Positions 62,479-64,000 of a stretch of DNA of 64,000 nt are shown here, in pieces. Where the stretch lies: NCBI GenBank assembly GCA_003971905.1, contig RSEE01000053.1:248001-312000 (forward strand), given 5' to 3'. Positions within the stretch are counted from its first letter, which is position 1. The number at the start of each line of letters is the position of its first letter. The notes below the pieces were generated by a model, which saw nothing but the letters and a program-made list of their open reading frames with translations, did not search any database and was not told the DNA's origin. The position numbers were made by a program, and so were the translations under genes. This stretch comes from Moniliella sp. 'wahieum' (lineage: Eukaryota).

Positions 62479-63018
62479 ATGGAAACCGGGGAACCACGAG
62501 ACTGGGGTTCTCAATTCACTATAGGGAGAAAGGCCGCTATTGTCGCTCCGATACGTAGACTGATAATCGAGCTGGCAGTTGAGCCAGCAGCGATGGAACT
62601 GAATTGAATCTGAGAGCGCGCTCTATTATTGGGTAGAGCGGACGCTCCTCAGCTGAAATTGGATGAGATCGAATCTGACCCCCACTGAACAACCTGCGGA
62701 CGGGGTTAGGAAGGCGAAGGGTGCGCGTAAACTCTGCCGGGCTTGCCAGCCCGTCTTCGCCCGTGACATCACGCTCCTCTTCACCAAAAGCGTGTCCTCA
62801 CGCTCAAAGGAACGGCTCCCCTCTCCCAACAGCGGGGGAGGGGGTGAAGGAGCGTACGGTTACCCGTGTACACACATCTCCTTTTCACGGTAGACCAGAC
62901 TTGGAACTGGAACTGAGTACTTGAATACTCGGCACGCCCCCTTCCTTCGGTCGTAGGGCATGTCATCCAAACGGGTTCTTGCTCACACACGCACCCTTCC
63001 TTCGAGCATCGGAGGTAC

Positions 63019-63247
63019 TGTTGAGCCATCAGATGGCTCGTGCTTTGACCAATGTCCCTTCAGGTCCTCCTCAGGCCTAGGAGTTCCGTTGTTTTTCTCT
63101 CCTGTTTTTCCTTGTTCCGCAGCTTAGCCCCTGGTGGCGACTCGCTGCTTGATGTTCCTCTGTAGGCATTGCTGGTTGGCTCAGACCACCACCACCACTA
63201 TTGCGATTGCATCACCTCGAGGACCATCTGGACTCCAGGTCTCATCA
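63019..63247 (+). mobile_element. Family A LTR without TSD, probable 5' LTR of a decayed retroelement
   Basis: TGTTGAG...CTCATCA, near-identical to 43609 and 49508; the flanks differ (GGTAC versus GAGTT). Confidence 0.88.
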
Positions 63248-63359
63248 GAGTTACAAGTCTTCGCTCATCCAGTGAGCAACGGTGATCAACCCACAATTCC
63301 CTTTTCCATCCCCTCACCCTCTCCGTATCCATCCCTTTCCATCGGCGTCTTTATCAACA

Positions 63360-64000
63360 ATGAGCGCCATTTCACTTCCTACCCCTCAGCTGTCGAACCC
63401 GGACTGGGCCGACCAGCACCTTCCGTCCCCTTTTCCTAAAGACGGCATTACTTTCGCGCGTGCCTCGCAATTGGCCAACGAACAACCGAACCAATACCAA
63501 GTCCTTTACCATATTCTTGAGGACCACAGTCCTTTGGTGGCCAAAAACAATGCGTCTGATTTTCAACTCGTCTCACATTTATCTCAGGCAAACTATCAGC
63601 TCTTGAGCAAAAGGTCGTGAAAATGGTCGGCGATCCTACTCAGCGACTTCCCAGCGATCCATCTGTCCAGTCGACTGTCGTGCGTCACTTTGACGAATTG
63701 CGTGCGTAGTGTGTTCCACCGCACTTTGATGCGTTTTTGCGAACCGTTTGGTTCTCCGCTTCTTCTTCCCAACAATCTTCCGCAAATCGGAACCGGAGGA
63801 TCCCGTTGCGACCCCACGGCCGGTCGCGTCGCCTGTGTCCCACGACGAATCCGTTGTTCATACTCTGTGGCAACAACGACACCACCGCTTCCTCCTCCGA
63901 TTGACGATACAATCTTGTCATCTTTAAATAATCTTTTCCGTTCAGGCGCATCCCCCGACCTTCTCCTGAATGCAGCCGAGAAACGTTGGGGTACTGACGT
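63360..64000 (+). pseudogene. Disrupted ORF just downstream of the LTR, candidate gag remnant
   Basis: MSAISLPTPQLSNPDW...HLSQA then, after a frameshift, KLSALEQKVVKMVGDP...HFDELRA*. Position about 110 bp after the LTR fits gag, but no diagnostic motif was seen. Confidence 0.35.

Noticed and set aside
63248..63262. Primer-binding site after the 63019 LTR
   Set aside because: GAGTTACAAGTC only loosely resembles the GGTTATGAGCCC-type site of fungal copia elements; too weak to call.

Overview
This window is gene-bearing nuclear DNA from a basidiomycete fungus, most likely a smut relative (Ustilaginomycotina), judged from a split dynein Dyn2 gene and short GT-AG introns with CTRAC branch sites. 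The assembly has many small indels that break even essential genes, so gene models were stitched across reading frames by eye. Bases 1-34 kb are gene dense: Shr3, Prp4, an MFS transporter, SHMT, a Rom2-like Rho GEF, a decayed HEM13, a kinesin, Dyn2, proteasome alpha3 and an MCT-type transporter. Bases 34-64 kb are sparser and contain tRNA-Tyr, a Gly-rich gene, ALDH, epsin, a Ser/Pro-rich gene, a CIA30 + PIG-P unit, a forkhead factor and an HD2/bW-like homeodomain gene, interspersed with at least six LTR remnants. The most unusual observations are: (i) intergenic heptamer arrays built as T-N-A plus a 4-bp palindrome, using 12 different palindromic cores; (ii) an apparent CIA30-PIG-P fusion; (iii) a true HEM13 pseudogene; (iv) a partnerless mating-type-like HD2 gene in LTR-rich sequence; (v) a free-standing C-terminal dynein half. 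All family assignments come from recognising motifs by eye, with no database searches run.
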